A stretch of DNA of 64,000 bases from NCBI GenBank assembly GCA_963702205.1, contig OY969724.1:3360001-3424000 (forward strand), read 5' to 3'. This stretch comes from an uncultured candidate division Zixibacteria bacterium. Lineage in GTDB: Bacteria > Zixibacteria > MSB-5A5 > GN15 > PGXB01. The translations under genes were made by a program, and so were the position numbers. The notes beneath the pieces are model-generated. The model did no database searches. It worked only from the letters and a program-made list of their open reading frames with translations, and had not been told where the DNA came from. This document shows, in pieces, positions 8,738 through 17,809 of the stretch (position 1 is the stretch's first letter; every line of letters starts with the position of its first letter).

Positions 8738-9427
8738 TTAAAGCCGTATTTTTATTTCCGGGATTTCGATAACCTGGTTGATGTAAGTAATAACGTAGTC
8801 CGGTTTCTCCGAAGGATATCGCAGTTTCTGATCTTTATGCGGTCCGATCCTCAACCAGATCGTCTTCATCCCCAGCAATTTTGCCGGGATTATATCATTG
8901 TCCGGACGATCTCCGACCATGATGGCTTCTTCCGGCTTTGAGCCAAGGTTTTCAAGTACCTTTGCAAACATCCTGATATCCGGCTTTGAAAAACCTATTT
9001 CTTCGGAGACCATGGTTGAATCGAAATACTTCAGCACACCGTTTTGGGCAAGAAAGTCATACACATCGGTTGGCTGGTTGGCGGCAATCCCCAGTTTGAA
9101 CCGACCGGACAGCTTTTCGAGGACACCAATGACGCCGTTCTGAATACGATAAGGACACTTCTTATAATATTCCTCGAAACCTCCCCGAATCTCCGCAAAG
9201 GCCTCTTCGTCGGGCTGCACGAATTGCCAGATGACATAGGAAAAAAGCGAAGGAGAATAACAGGCGATGCCTTCGTCCTGGGCTCGCAGGACGTCGTCTC
9301 TATTGATATTTTTCCCGGTTTTATTTTTGACGGCGTCGATTATGAACCGGTACCAGCCTTCGTGAGCCTCGGTTTCGTCGATTATGGGCCAGCCGACATC
9401 GAACAAAATGGTTGTGAACCCGGGCAT
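8738..9427 (-). CDS. HAD-superfamily hydrolase
   Basis: 'ILFDVGWPI' (motif I variant), 'KPD', 'MVGDRPDND'. Confidence 0.88.
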   Translation of the reverse strand: MPGFTTILFDVGWPIIDETEAHEGWYRFIIDAVKNKTGKNINRDDVLRAQDEGIACYSPSLFSYVIWQFVQPDEEAFAEIRGGFEEYYKKCPYRIQNGVIGVLEKLSGRFKLGIAANQPTDVYDFLAQNGVLKYFDSTMVSEEIGFSKPDIRMFAKVLENLGSKPEEAIMVGDRPDNDIIPAKLLGMKTIWLRIGPHKDQKLRYPSEKPDYVITYINQVIEIPEIKIRL

Positions 9428-9446
9428 AGCTCCCCCAAATAACTAA

Positions 9447-9470
9447 GGGCAGGAAGTATTCTTCCTGCCC
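9447..9470 (-). terminator. Hairpin terminator downstream of ppdK
   Basis: GGGCAGGAAG-N4-CTTCCTGCCC followed by a T-rich tract on the minus strand. Confidence 0.65.
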
Positions 9471-9491
9471 CGATGATAAACCACTCTATGA

Positions 9492-12400
9492 TTATTTATC
9501 GCGTTCGGCGGATTTCTTTCTCGCGTTGATGGTCGATTGTGCGGCGGCCAGCCTCGCGATCGGAACCCGGAAGGGCGAGCACGAAACATAATTCAACCCG
9601 ACTCGATGACAGAAATCGATCGACGACGGATCTCCACCGTGTTCACCGCAAATTCCAACCTTCAAGTCAGGGTTGGTTTTGCGGCCCCTTTGTGTTCCCA
9701 TTTCGACCAGTTGTCCAACACCTTTCTGATCCAGCGAAATAAACGGATCGGCCGGCAGAATTTCCTTTTCGACGTAATAGCGCAGGAACTTTCCGGCGTC
9801 GTCGCGGGAAAAGCCCATCGCCATCTGCGTCAGGTCATTGGTGCCGAAACTGAAGAATTGCGCCTCTTCGGCGATTTCATCGGCCGTCAGGGCGGCGCGC
9901 GGAATCTCGATCATGGTGCCGACCAGGTATTCCAGGTTCTTGACCTTGTACTTATTAATCGTCTCGTTGGCGATACGTTCGACAATTTCTTTCTGGTTTC
10001 TGAATTCGTTAATATGCCCGACCAGCGGTATCATAATTTCCGGAATGACCTTTTTCTTGTCGCGGTATATTTCGCAGGCAGCTTCCATAATGGCGCGCAC
10101 CTGCATCTCCGTAATTTCAGGAAACACGATGCCGAGACGACAGCCCCGGTGCCCGAGCATGGGATTAACCTCTTTCAATTCATCGATACGCTGGAGGATC
10201 TTCTTCTTACGGGCCAGCTTTTCGTCGTAAAGCTCGTCGGCTTTATCAAGTTCCTCGATTTCCTGCTTGATGTCCAACTTATTGGGCAGGAATTCGTGCA
10301 ACGGGGGATCGAGCGTCCGGATCGTCACCGGATAACCGTGCATTTTAGAGAACAGACCCTTGAAGTCCTTCTTCTGAAAAGGCAGGAGTTTGTCCAGGGC
10401 CTGCTGACGTTCCTCGGTGGAGTCGGCCAGAATCATCTCCTGTACTATCGGCAAACGATCTTCGGCGAAAAACATATGTTCGGTGCGGCACAGCCCGATA
10501 CCTTCGGCGCCGTACTTTAAGGCCTGTTCGGCGTCGTGCGGCGTATCGGCGTTGGTGCGCACTTTAAGTTCCCTGATTTCATCGGCCCACGACATGAATT
10601 CCGCGAATTCACCTGATAATTCCGGTTCGATCGTCGGAACTTCACCGAAAATAACCTCACCGGTGGATCCGTTCAGGGTAATGATTTCCTTTTCTTTGAT
10701 CGTCAACCGCCCGATTTGCAGCTGCTTCTTGGATTCATTGACCCGGGCCGCTTCACACCCGGCGACACAGCATTTGCCCATACCGCGCGCCACGACGGCG
10801 GCGTGGGAGGTCATACCTCCGCGCGAAGTCAAAATACCCGCCGCGGCGTGCATGCCTTCGATGTCATCCGGGTTGGTTTCCTGACGCACCAGGATAACCG
10901 GACCGTGCTTGGTACCCTTGACGGCGTCTTCGGCATTGAAATATACCGCTCCCGAGGCCGCTCCGGGCGAAGCCGGAAGGCCCTTGGCAATAACTTCAAA
11001 TTTTGCGGCGGGGTCGAGACGGGGATGCAGGAGATGATCGAGCTGCGACGGATCGATACGCATTATGGCTTCTTCTTTGGTGATTAGCTTTTCCTTGACC
11101 ATATCGACCGCGATTTTCATGGCCGCCTGGACAGTCCGTTTGCCCGTGCGCGTCTGCAGCATGTACAGTTCGCCTTCCTGAACGGTGAACTCGAAATCCT
11201 GGACGTCGCGATAATGACTTTCAAGAAGGTCGGTTATTTTTTTCAGCTTCTTGTAGGCGGCCGGCATTTCTTCGGCCAGCTGCGATATCGGCTGAGGTGT
11301 CCGAATCCCGGCAACAACGTCTTCGCCCTGGGCATTGATCAAATACTCACCATAAAACTCTTTTTTGCCGTCGGCGGGATTGCGGGTAAAGCCCACACCG
11401 GTTCCGGAATTATTACCCATATTACCGTAGACCATAGCCTGAATATTGACGGCGGTGCCCAGATCGCCGGGAATATTGTTCAGACGCCGATAGCTGATGG
11501 CACGCGGATTGTTCCACGACCGAAAAACGGCATCCCGGGCCATACGCAGCTGGACGTATGGATCATCGGGGAATTCCTCGCCTGTCTTGCGACTTACGAC
11601 GCCTTTGAACTTCTTGATTATATCTTTGAGGTCTTCGACCTGAAGGGAGGAATCCTGCTTAATCTTGCGATCCTTCTTCTTTTTATCGATTATGGTTTCG
11701 AACTTATCCTTGTCGATACCCAGAACGACGTTTCCGAACATTTGAATAAAGCGTCGATACAAATCGTACGTGAACCGTTCGTCACCGGTTTTGGCCGCCA
11801 TACCCTGAAGGGTCTCCGGATTAAGGCCGAGATTGAGGACGGTATCCATCATGCCGGGCATGGAGAACTTGGCCCCGGAACGGACCGATACAAGAAGCGG
11901 ATCCTCGGGATTTCCGAATTTGGAACCGACCAACTTTTCGATCCTGGCCATATATGTTTCCATCTCTTTGTCAATATCATCGGGAATAGCCAGATCGTTT
12001 TCATAATATATCTTGCAGACTTCGGTCGTGATCGTAAAGCCCGGAGGGACGGGTATCTTCGCCAGACTCATTTCGGCCAGACCGGCGCCCTTGCCCCCCA
12101 GAAGATCGCGCATCTGGGCACTGCCGTCGGCCTTGCCACCGCCGAAGAAATAAAACGCGGGATGCTCCAGCTTGAATGCCTTCGCCTGGCTGACACTTTG
12201 GCGGGTCATCTTTTTGGTTGATTTTGACTTTGCTGCGGTACTCACTTTTGATGTCTTTCCTTTAGTTAATGTTTTGGCTGATTTAGGCTTGGTGGCCCTG
12301 GTCGAAGCTTTTTGGGCCGTCGTCCGCGAACGAGCCGTCTTTTTGCCGACGGTCGGTTTCGTTCGTCTCGTTTTGGCCGGTGCGGCCTTTTTGGCGACTA

Positions 12401-12542
12401 CTTTTTTCTTGGGAGCCGCTTTCGATTTGGAAATTTTTGATTTAGGCTTCGCTTTGGTCCCGGTTGACTTCTTCGCAGGTGTCTTTTTATTCGAAGCAGT
12501 TTTAGCTGATGCTGTTTTGTTTTTTTTCTTGACTGGCACCAT
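9492..12542 (-). CDS. ppdK: Pyruvate, phosphate dikinase with a Lys/Ala-rich N-terminal extension of about 125 aa
   Basis: 'LLGGKGAGL', 'VSVRSGAKFSMPGMMDT', phospho-His motif 'GGMTSHAAVVARG', 'GIGLCRTEHMF', 'FSFGTNDLTQ', 'GICGEHGG'. GGGAGG RBS at the long start. Confidence 0.97.
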   Translation of the reverse strand: MVPVKKKNKTASAKTASNKKTPAKKSTGTKAKPKSKISKSKAAPKKKVVAKKAAPAKTRRTKPTVGKKTARSRTTAQKASTRATKPKSAKTLTKGKTSKVSTAAKSKSTKKMTRQSVSQAKAFKLEHPAFYFFGGGKADGSAQMRDLLGGKGAGLAEMSLAKIPVPPGFTITTEVCKIYYENDLAIPDDIDKEMETYMARIEKLVGSKFGNPEDPLLVSVRSGAKFSMPGMMDTVLNLGLNPETLQGMAAKTGDERFTYDLYRRFIQMFGNVVLGIDKDKFETIIDKKKKDRKIKQDSSLQVEDLKDIIKKFKGVVSRKTGEEFPDDPYVQLRMARDAVFRSWNNPRAISYRRLNNIPGDLGTAVNIQAMVYGNMGNNSGTGVGFTRNPADGKKEFYGEYLINAQGEDVVAGIRTPQPISQLAEEMPAAYKKLKKITDLLESHYRDVQDFEFTVQEGELYMLQTRTGKRTVQAAMKIAVDMVKEKLITKEEAIMRIDPSQLDHLLHPRLDPAAKFEVIAKGLPASPGAASGAVYFNAEDAVKGTKHGPVILVRQETNPDDIEGMHAAAGILTSRGGMTSHAAVVARGMGKCCVAGCEAARVNESKKQLQIGRLTIKEKEIITLNGSTGEVIFGEVPTIEPELSGEFAEFMSWADEIRELKVRTNADTPHDAEQALKYGAEGIGLCRTEHMFFAEDRLPIVQEMILADSTEERQQALDKLLPFQKKDFKGLFSKMHGYPVTIRTLDPPLHEFLPNKLDIKQEIEELDKADELYDEKLARKKKILQRIDELKEVNPMLGHRGCRLGIVFPEITEMQVRAIMEAACEIYRDKKKVIPEIMIPLVGHINEFRNQKEIVERIANETINKYKVKNLEYLVGTMIEIPRAALTADEIAEEAQFFSFGTNDLTQMAMGFSRDDAGKFLRYYVEKEILPADPFISLDQKGVGQLVEMGTQRGRKTNPDLKVGICGEHGGDPSSIDFCHRVGLNYVSCSPFRVPIARLAAAQSTINARKKSAERDK

Positions 12543-12582
12543 TCTGCCTCCCTGCCATGGAAATAGTTTGCTATTTTGCGAA

Positions 12583-12611
12583 ATTATATCATGCCACTAA
12601 TTATAATACAA
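12583..12611 (-). promoter_or_regulatory. Sigma70-type promoter for ppdK
   Basis: Minus strand TTGTAT-N17-TATAAT with an extended TGn motif. Confidence 0.55.
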
Positions 12612-12663
12612 CAAATAACTTAATTCGATGACCATTCGTTCCGAGAATTCTGGCCAAACTCAT

Positions 12664-12698
12664 AAAAAAGGCGGCTGTCGAATAAATGACAACCGCCC
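12664..12698 (-). terminator. Intrinsic terminator of the 12719-13051 gene
   Basis: GGCGGTTGTC-loop-GACAGCCGCC followed by a T run on the minus strand. Confidence 0.7.
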
Positions 12699-12718
12699 GA
12701 ATTTCTCAAAGAAGTCAA

Positions 12719-13051
12719 CTACATGGTGAACATTCGCTCTCCGCTTACTATTTTCTCCAGCATCTTCAGGGTTTTTTCCACGGGAGAATGCATCAAATCA
12801 GACGTATTGAAGGTCATACGGACGACTTCGCGCGGACAGGAAAAGTTGGCTTTGCCCCGCCCTCCGCGGGCCTTTTTCTTGTGAGTCAAATTATACTGCC
12901 GTTGATATTCCTTGGCCTTCTCCTTGTGCATCTGATAATAACGACGCTGGTATTCGCGCCGCGCCTCAGGCGTGGATAACTTCCCTGATCCTTTTTTTCT
13001 GCCGCGAGTACTTTTCTTCGGACTCCCGGCAGAATCTGAGGTATTAGCCAT
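12719..13051 (-). CDS. Small highly basic hypothetical protein, probably nucleic-acid binding
   Basis: 110 aa, K/R-rich, with a repeated helix 'REYQRRYY..HKEK / KEYQRQYN..HKKK'. Has its own RBS (GAGGTGGGGG), promoter and terminator. Confidence 0.75.
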   Translation of the reverse strand: MANTSDSAGSPKKSTRGRKKGSGKLSTPEARREYQRRYYQMHKEKAKEYQRQYNLTHKKKARGGRGKANFSCPREVVRMTFNTSDLMHSPVEKTLKMLEKIVSGERMFTM

Positions 13052-13134
13052 CCCCCACCTCTCTTTAAGCAGTAAAAGGTTATTCGCCCTTAAATAAGTT
13101 TAAGGCCTGACTGGAGTATTCCGTAACTTCTTTA

Positions 13135-13163
13135 GTTATACGGAGAAACGAAGTATTTGTCAA
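13135..13163 (-). promoter_or_regulatory. Near-consensus sigma70 promoter for the small basic protein gene
   Basis: Minus strand TTGACA-N17-TATAAC. Confidence 0.7.
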
Positions 13164-13204
13164 GCGAAAAATGCGTTTTCAGTAATTTTTTTTTCAATAA
13201 CTTG

Positions 13205-13286
13205 TTATCCACAAACAACTTAACTTTACACATAATTTTGCAATGCGTAACTTTTTGTGCCTCAAATATTTACTGATATATCCACA
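13205..13286 (+). promoter_or_regulatory. DnaA-box cluster in an AT-rich intergenic region
   Basis: TTATCCACA (13205-13213, perfect), CTTTACACA (13224-13232) and ATATCCACA (13278-13286); the last two each have one mismatch to TTWTNCACA. Confidence 0.5.
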
Positions 13287-13321
13287 TTTTTTCAACCAAG
13301 TGCCTTTGGCCCTTAAACTAA

Positions 13322-13358
13322 CATAAAAGACAAAGGCCCCATCAAAGAATGGGGCCTT
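13322..13358 (-). terminator. Intrinsic terminator of the 12-gene membrane operon
   Basis: Minus strand AAGGCCCCAT-TCTTTG-ATGGGGCCTT then TGTCTTTT, about 20 nt after the last stop codon. Confidence 0.8.
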
Positions 13359-13378
13359 ATTTCTAAAATTAAATCAAT

Positions 13379-14173
13379 CTATGCCTCTCGTTTTCGACGG
13401 CCCAAAAATTGGATAAATTCATAAACCGCCAATAAAACAAATATTCCAATTGTTATAAACCAGATGACGGGATAGGTTCCGCCGCTTGTCGACCAGGCCG
13501 TTTTGGTCCAGTCGCCGACATATTGAATGCGCTGCACGAACAGTGAAATACGTCCCATCACGGTATAACCGAACGAGGCACCGAATCCGACCATCAGAAT
13601 CCAAATTCCAAAACGCGCGACTCCTTTAAAGACGCCGGTATGTTCCTTGGAAAAGAAGAAGTAAAACAGCGCGGCTATGGTTCCGACGAAGATAATCAAC
13701 TGGGATAATCCCGATGCCGGATTTATCAGTGAACCGCCGAAAAAGTTGCCCCAGTCGACACTGGTCATCGACGAATATATCTGGACATTGACGCGGTTCT
13801 TCATTTCGAGCGGGACCGATACGCCGGCCGCAATACCCATGTATAGTGCAATCGGCCAGCGGCTGATCCATGACCATTTTCGTGAAAAACGGGTCCACAT
13901 CATCACGCCCAATAAGGCCGGAATAAGGTACCATGGCTTGCTGGAATTCAGCCATACCATGTAGAAATTGCCGTCGTTGAGACGATCAAACAGGTTCGGC
14001 TGAAGGCCATTGTGCCACAAAATGATGACGAAGTAACCGGCCGAGACGCCCACTACCAGGTGTTCCGCGAGTTTATACAGCGGATTGTCCCGATAGAGAA
14101 ACGAATAAATGCACAGGGTTAAGAAGGCGCCCAGCGTGGTCCATAAGAACGTACCTATTGACATTTCCTGCAT
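13379..14173 (-). CDS. Module 3 gene D: polytopic membrane protein of unknown function
   Basis: 'SFLYRDNPLYKLAEHLVVGVSAGY', 'YFFFSKEH', 'FGASFGYTVMGRISL'. Paralogue of 16976-17809 and 20671-21318. Confidence 0.88.
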   Translation of the reverse strand: MQEMSIGTFLWTTLGAFLTLCIYSFLYRDNPLYKLAEHLVVGVSAGYFVIILWHNGLQPNLFDRLNDGNFYMVWLNSSKPWYLIPALLGVMMWTRFSRKWSWISRWPIALYMGIAAGVSVPLEMKNRVNVQIYSSMTSVDWGNFFGGSLINPASGLSQLIIFVGTIAALFYFFFSKEHTGVFKGVARFGIWILMVGFGASFGYTVMGRISLFVQRIQYVGDWTKTAWSTSGGTYPVIWFITIGIFVLLAVYEFIQFLGRRKREA

Positions 14174-14188
14174 TATAAACTCACCTCC

Positions 14189-15055
14189 TTAAACCTGCTT
14201 TTTCCGACGGGAAACCAGAAAGCCGATATTGCCCATCAGAATGAAAAGGATTATAACGATATGTGCGTAAAGCTGAATTCTCATACCGTCGATTGCCGGT
14301 CCCGGATTATCGGCCAATTTCTCGTACTGGGCGGCACCGAGCAATCCACCCATTAATCCGAAGACCTGACCGGAATTCAGATACGGATAATAATCGGCAC
14401 CCATGACACCGGTCATACCCAGCGCCAGCGGGAAATTGTATCGTCCCTGTCCGTACGAGATCCACATATCGGCCACGTTGCCGGCTGCGAAATCGACGAC
14501 GCACTTGATCTGATCATAGTTCAGAATACCTTTCATCAAAGGTATGCTGTCGAGCGGAGTGCCGTAATAGTCGGTCGGAAACGGGAGGCGGAAATTCTGC
14601 CCCATGCCGAGAATAACGAGGGCCGGGTACGGTTTGTAGCCCAGGAAGACATAATCCTTACCGTTGACCAGTTTACGGGGCGGATATTCAACGCCGTTAT
14701 AGATTTTGTCTATCATAAGCGAATCCGAAATATCACGAATGGCCTGGTCGGCCATACCCGGACCATTCTGAGACAGGGTCACGAAAATCACCTTGAGGTT
14801 CTTGCGGAAAGCCTGCTCGGCGATTGCGTACGTCATCGGGTGCAGTTCCGCGAGAGCGTTGGGGTCATAATCGATGGCCAGTAAAATATAATCGCCTGCT
14901 TGAAGTGATTCCACTTTATCGTATATGCTTTTCACTTCCGGTGTGACTCTGATCTTGATCGAAAACGGGATTAAGTACGTAATCACACAGACAAGGGCTA
15001 TAAAGAGGAAGACCCAGCGGCGATCGAGCGACATCATACGATCGAATATATTCAT
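14189..15055 (-). CDS. Module 3 gene C: membrane-anchored protein with a soluble alpha/beta domain
   Basis: 'DRRWVF' plus TM helix, 'DYDP..ELHPM', 'YPY..GQVFGLMGGLLGAAQYE', C-terminal TM 'AHIV'. Start set at ATG 15055, behind GAGGAGG. Confidence 0.88.
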   Translation of the reverse strand: MNIFDRMMSLDRRWVFLFIALVCVITYLIPFSIKIRVTPEVKSIYDKVESLQAGDYILLAIDYDPNALAELHPMTYAIAEQAFRKNLKVIFVTLSQNGPGMADQAIRDISDSLMIDKIYNGVEYPPRKLVNGKDYVFLGYKPYPALVILGMGQNFRLPFPTDYYGTPLDSIPLMKGILNYDQIKCVVDFAAGNVADMWISYGQGRYNFPLALGMTGVMGADYYPYLNSGQVFGLMGGLLGAAQYEKLADNPGPAIDGMRIQLYAHIVIILFILMGNIGFLVSRRKKQV

Positions 15056-15068
15056 TGCTCCATCCTCC

Positions 15069-15710
15069 TCAATCCTTGCCCAGATAGGCGCGTTCAATGC
15101 CCAGAATTACCTTCAGGGCGGTTGCCACCATGCCCAGCCCGACGCCGATAATAATGGCGCGTTTGGCCGCCAGGTTGGGAACGTTCAAAAGCCAGCTGGC
15201 TGTCTTTTCGATATAATCTCCAACAATCCCGAAATACGGATTAAAGCGCAGCATGACGATCAACGCTGAGATAAGCAGCAGAGTCGCCAATAGCGACCGG
15301 GCACGGAACGCCCGGTAGGCCGCCGACGCAATGAAAAATGCCAAAAGAGAAAACATGGTGGCCTGAATCGGGATTAAAATGTAGTCGAAGAAAGCCCGAA
15401 ACATATAGTTCGATAAACCCTGAGAGGAAAAGAAATGCCGTCCGTAATCGAAGCCAAAAAGGATCATCAAAAATAAACCGATCAGGGTTATAACCGAATA
15501 TTGCCAGTTTGGTTTCTTGTATTTGATCTTATCATACGAGACACGGATCAGCGACCAGATGCCCAAAGCAAGGGCAAAAATTCCGATGATGTATATCCAG
15601 TCGAGGAAGAACTCGTATATCCATTCGGATGATCCATGAGGTACGAAATATTGGAAGATCATGAAGATACCGAATACGAATACGAGCATTAAAGGAATTT
15701 GTCGTTTCAT
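15069..15710 (-). CDS. Module 3 gene B: polytopic membrane protein of unknown function
   Basis: 'MKRQIP', 'TMFSLLAFFIASAAYRAFRAR', 'RAIIIGVGLG..KVILGIER'. Confidence 0.88.
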   Translation of the reverse strand: MKRQIPLMLVFVFGIFMIFQYFVPHGSSEWIYEFFLDWIYIIGIFALALGIWSLIRVSYDKIKYKKPNWQYSVITLIGLFLMILFGFDYGRHFFSSQGLSNYMFRAFFDYILIPIQATMFSLLAFFIASAAYRAFRARSLLATLLLISALIVMLRFNPYFGIVGDYIEKTASWLLNVPNLAAKRAIIIGVGLGMVATALKVILGIERAYLGKD

Positions 15711-15724
15711 ATCTTCACTCCTCC

Positions 15725-16954
15725 CTAATTACTTACGTAAAATAGGTGTTTAAATCCTTCGACCCCGAAATTCATCAAAATGAATCCGATGATCGCTATA
15801 ATTATCGCGACGGCCTTGGCGTAATCCTGAGCCTTAAGAGATCCCAGAAGCAAAGGTTCGCGACCCAGGTAGGCCGACGCGGCATAAAGCTCTTCACCGA
15901 TAAGAGTGTAATCGCAGGCAACCACGAAAAACGGAATCTGTGCGATTTCATCGGTTCCGGCAATCTGAATCGATCCCGCCAGGGCACCGGTTTCGGCCAG
16001 AATCAGAGACTCGGCGTAGAACTTGCCCATGTAGATATTGGTTGCCGGGAGTTCGCGCAACATTGTGCCGTTAACCGCGGCAACATAGGCAAACTGCGAC
16101 TGCGTCACGAAATACACCATATCCTCATAATATGAATCGGGGCGACCAGCGTCCATGTACGACGCTTTCACCGTTTCCTGAGCGACGGTCATGACGATCG
16201 GGTCATAGCACGGTACTATCAGGCCGGTTTGGTATTCGGCTACTTTCTTGGCGACGCGGCCGAGAATAGTGTACGACGCAATCGTCGCGATATCGGCAGC
16301 CGTGCCCAATCCGAGGACGTACAAAATCGGTTTGCCCATTTCGGTGGCGCGTCCGATGGCTTCATCGACGGCTTCGATACCTGCCAGACGCCTGACAAAC
16401 AGCTCGGCTCCTCCCCGCGCTTTCTGAATGAAATATATCGTGATAACCAAAAAGAAGACGACAAATGCCAGAACCGGGATACGACCGGTATTAAACCACT
16501 GCCCGTAAGAATATACCGGACCGTAGACGTCCGAATCAGTGTAAACCAGGCTGTCCGCCGTCAGCGCCCTGACCTTATAATAGAAATTTACATGGTCGGG
16601 CATATAATCCGACGCGTCTTTCTCCTTGGCGCCGACGTCCACGTACCCATTGCTGCCCGCCGGCACTATAGCCCTTTCCACATAGGGGCTGTCGGGAGCC
16701 AACGACCGAAAGACTTTGTATCCAATGACATTATTCAGACCGGTTCCATCATCGGCGGAAGATTCCCAGCTCAATGTGATGGAATGACCGTGGTCATTGT
16801 CGGTGTCGACCCCGCGTACGTTTAACGGCGGCGAGGGCGGCGTTATCGTCATCGAGTCGGGCATCGCCCCGGTTTCATCGGTGCCTTGAGCAAAGCCGCT
16901 CACGGCCAGGATAAAGCACAGAAGAAACAAGGCAATCGGTAGCTTAAGCTTCAT
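15725..16954 (-). CDS. Module 3 gene A: signal peptide + fibronectin type III domain + DUF6754-like domain
   Basis: FN3 pattern ('ITLSW..S.DD', 'YKVFRS', 'YYKVRA'), then a TM helix, 'LAGIEAVDEAIGRATEMG', 'FYAESLILAETG', 'CDYTLIGEELYAASAYL'. Confidence 0.88.
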   Translation of the reverse strand: MKLKLPIALFLLCFILAVSGFAQGTDETGAMPDSMTITPPSPPLNVRGVDTDNDHGHSITLSWESSADDGTGLNNVIGYKVFRSLAPDSPYVERAIVPAGSNGYVDVGAKEKDASDYMPDHVNFYYKVRALTADSLVYTDSDVYGPVYSYGQWFNTGRIPVLAFVVFFLVITIYFIQKARGGAELFVRRLAGIEAVDEAIGRATEMGKPILYVLGLGTAADIATIASYTILGRVAKKVAEYQTGLIVPCYDPIVMTVAQETVKASYMDAGRPDSYYEDMVYFVTQSQFAYVAAVNGTMLRELPATNIYMGKFYAESLILAETGALAGSIQIAGTDEIAQIPFFVVACDYTLIGEELYAASAYLGREPLLLGSLKAQDYAKAVAIIIAIIGFILMNFGVEGFKHLFYVSN

Positions 16955-16975
16955 GTTTACCTCGCGAATTTATGT

Positions 16976-17809
16976 TTAATGTATCAGCTGCAACCAGTCT
17001 CGGAAGAGAAAAGTGAGTCGGCCCACCAACAGCGAAATACGTCCCATCACGGTGTAGCCGAACGAGGCACCGAATGTAATCATCAGCACCCAAATGCCGA
17101 TTCTCGACGCTCCTCCGAAAAGCCCCCTATGCTCTTTCGAGAAAAAGAAATATATTATGCCGCATAGTACCCCGATAAATATAACCCAGTTGCTCAACAT
17201 CGTGACCAGTTGTCCGTAGGCGTTAAGATTCATATCGCCGAAAAATCGCCCCACCCCGTGCCAATCTACCAGAAGCGGGACGAACGTGGATGAAACCTGT
17301 TCAATAAAATCCGAACGCAGATACCGTACTAAGTTGAGCCCGGCCGTGGTGCCGACAATGAACGCCAGCGGCCAGGATGAAATCCACCCGGCCTTTTTGG
17401 ACAGGCGCATCAACAGCAGGACGCCCAGAATAACCGGGATGAAATACGAAATTTTGTCCGGCAGGAAGTATAGGGCATATTCATCCTGGATATGAGGTAT
17501 CTTAAAAAAGGCCGACAGCGACGTCGACAGACGCGGGATCAAATTGCTGACGATGGTCGACCAGAAACCGAGCGACATCCAGTACGCCGCCGAAACCCCG
17601 ACAAAAAGATGTTCCGCGAATTTATAGAACGGATTGTCTTTATACAAAAACGACAGTATCGCCAGCGTCAGAAAAGCCGCCAGCGTCACGAGAAAACCTC
17701 GGAATATATAGTCGTCGTACTGCCCGGCGTATGTTGAGGATTTGGCCACCCAGCTTACGGCGAATAATATACAGACTATCGCCAGGATGATTATTATGGT
17801 CCGGCTCAT
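16976..17809 (-). CDS. Module 2 gene D: polytopic membrane protein
   Basis: 'SFLYKDNPFYKFAEHLFVGVSAAY', 'YFFFSKEH', 'FGASFGYTVMGRISLL'. Has an extra N-terminal hydrophobic helix and overlaps the gene C stop (ATGA). Confidence 0.88.
   Translation of the reverse strand: MSRTIIIILAIVCILFAVSWVAKSSTYAGQYDDYIFRGFLVTLAAFLTLAILSFLYKDNPFYKFAEHLFVGVSAAYWMSLGFWSTIVSNLIPRLSTSLSAFFKIPHIQDEYALYFLPDKISYFIPVILGVLLLMRLSKKAGWISSWPLAFIVGTTAGLNLVRYLRSDFIEQVSSTFVPLLVDWHGVGRFFGDMNLNAYGQLVTMLSNWVIFIGVLCGIIYFFFSKEHRGLFGGASRIGIWVLMITFGASFGYTVMGRISLLVGRLTFLFRDWLQLIH

Noticed and set aside
13170..13300. Replication origin
   Set aside because: There is only one perfect DnaA box, no dnaA, dnaN, gidA or parAB nearby, and gene orientation does not switch here. 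Kept only as a regulatory candidate.
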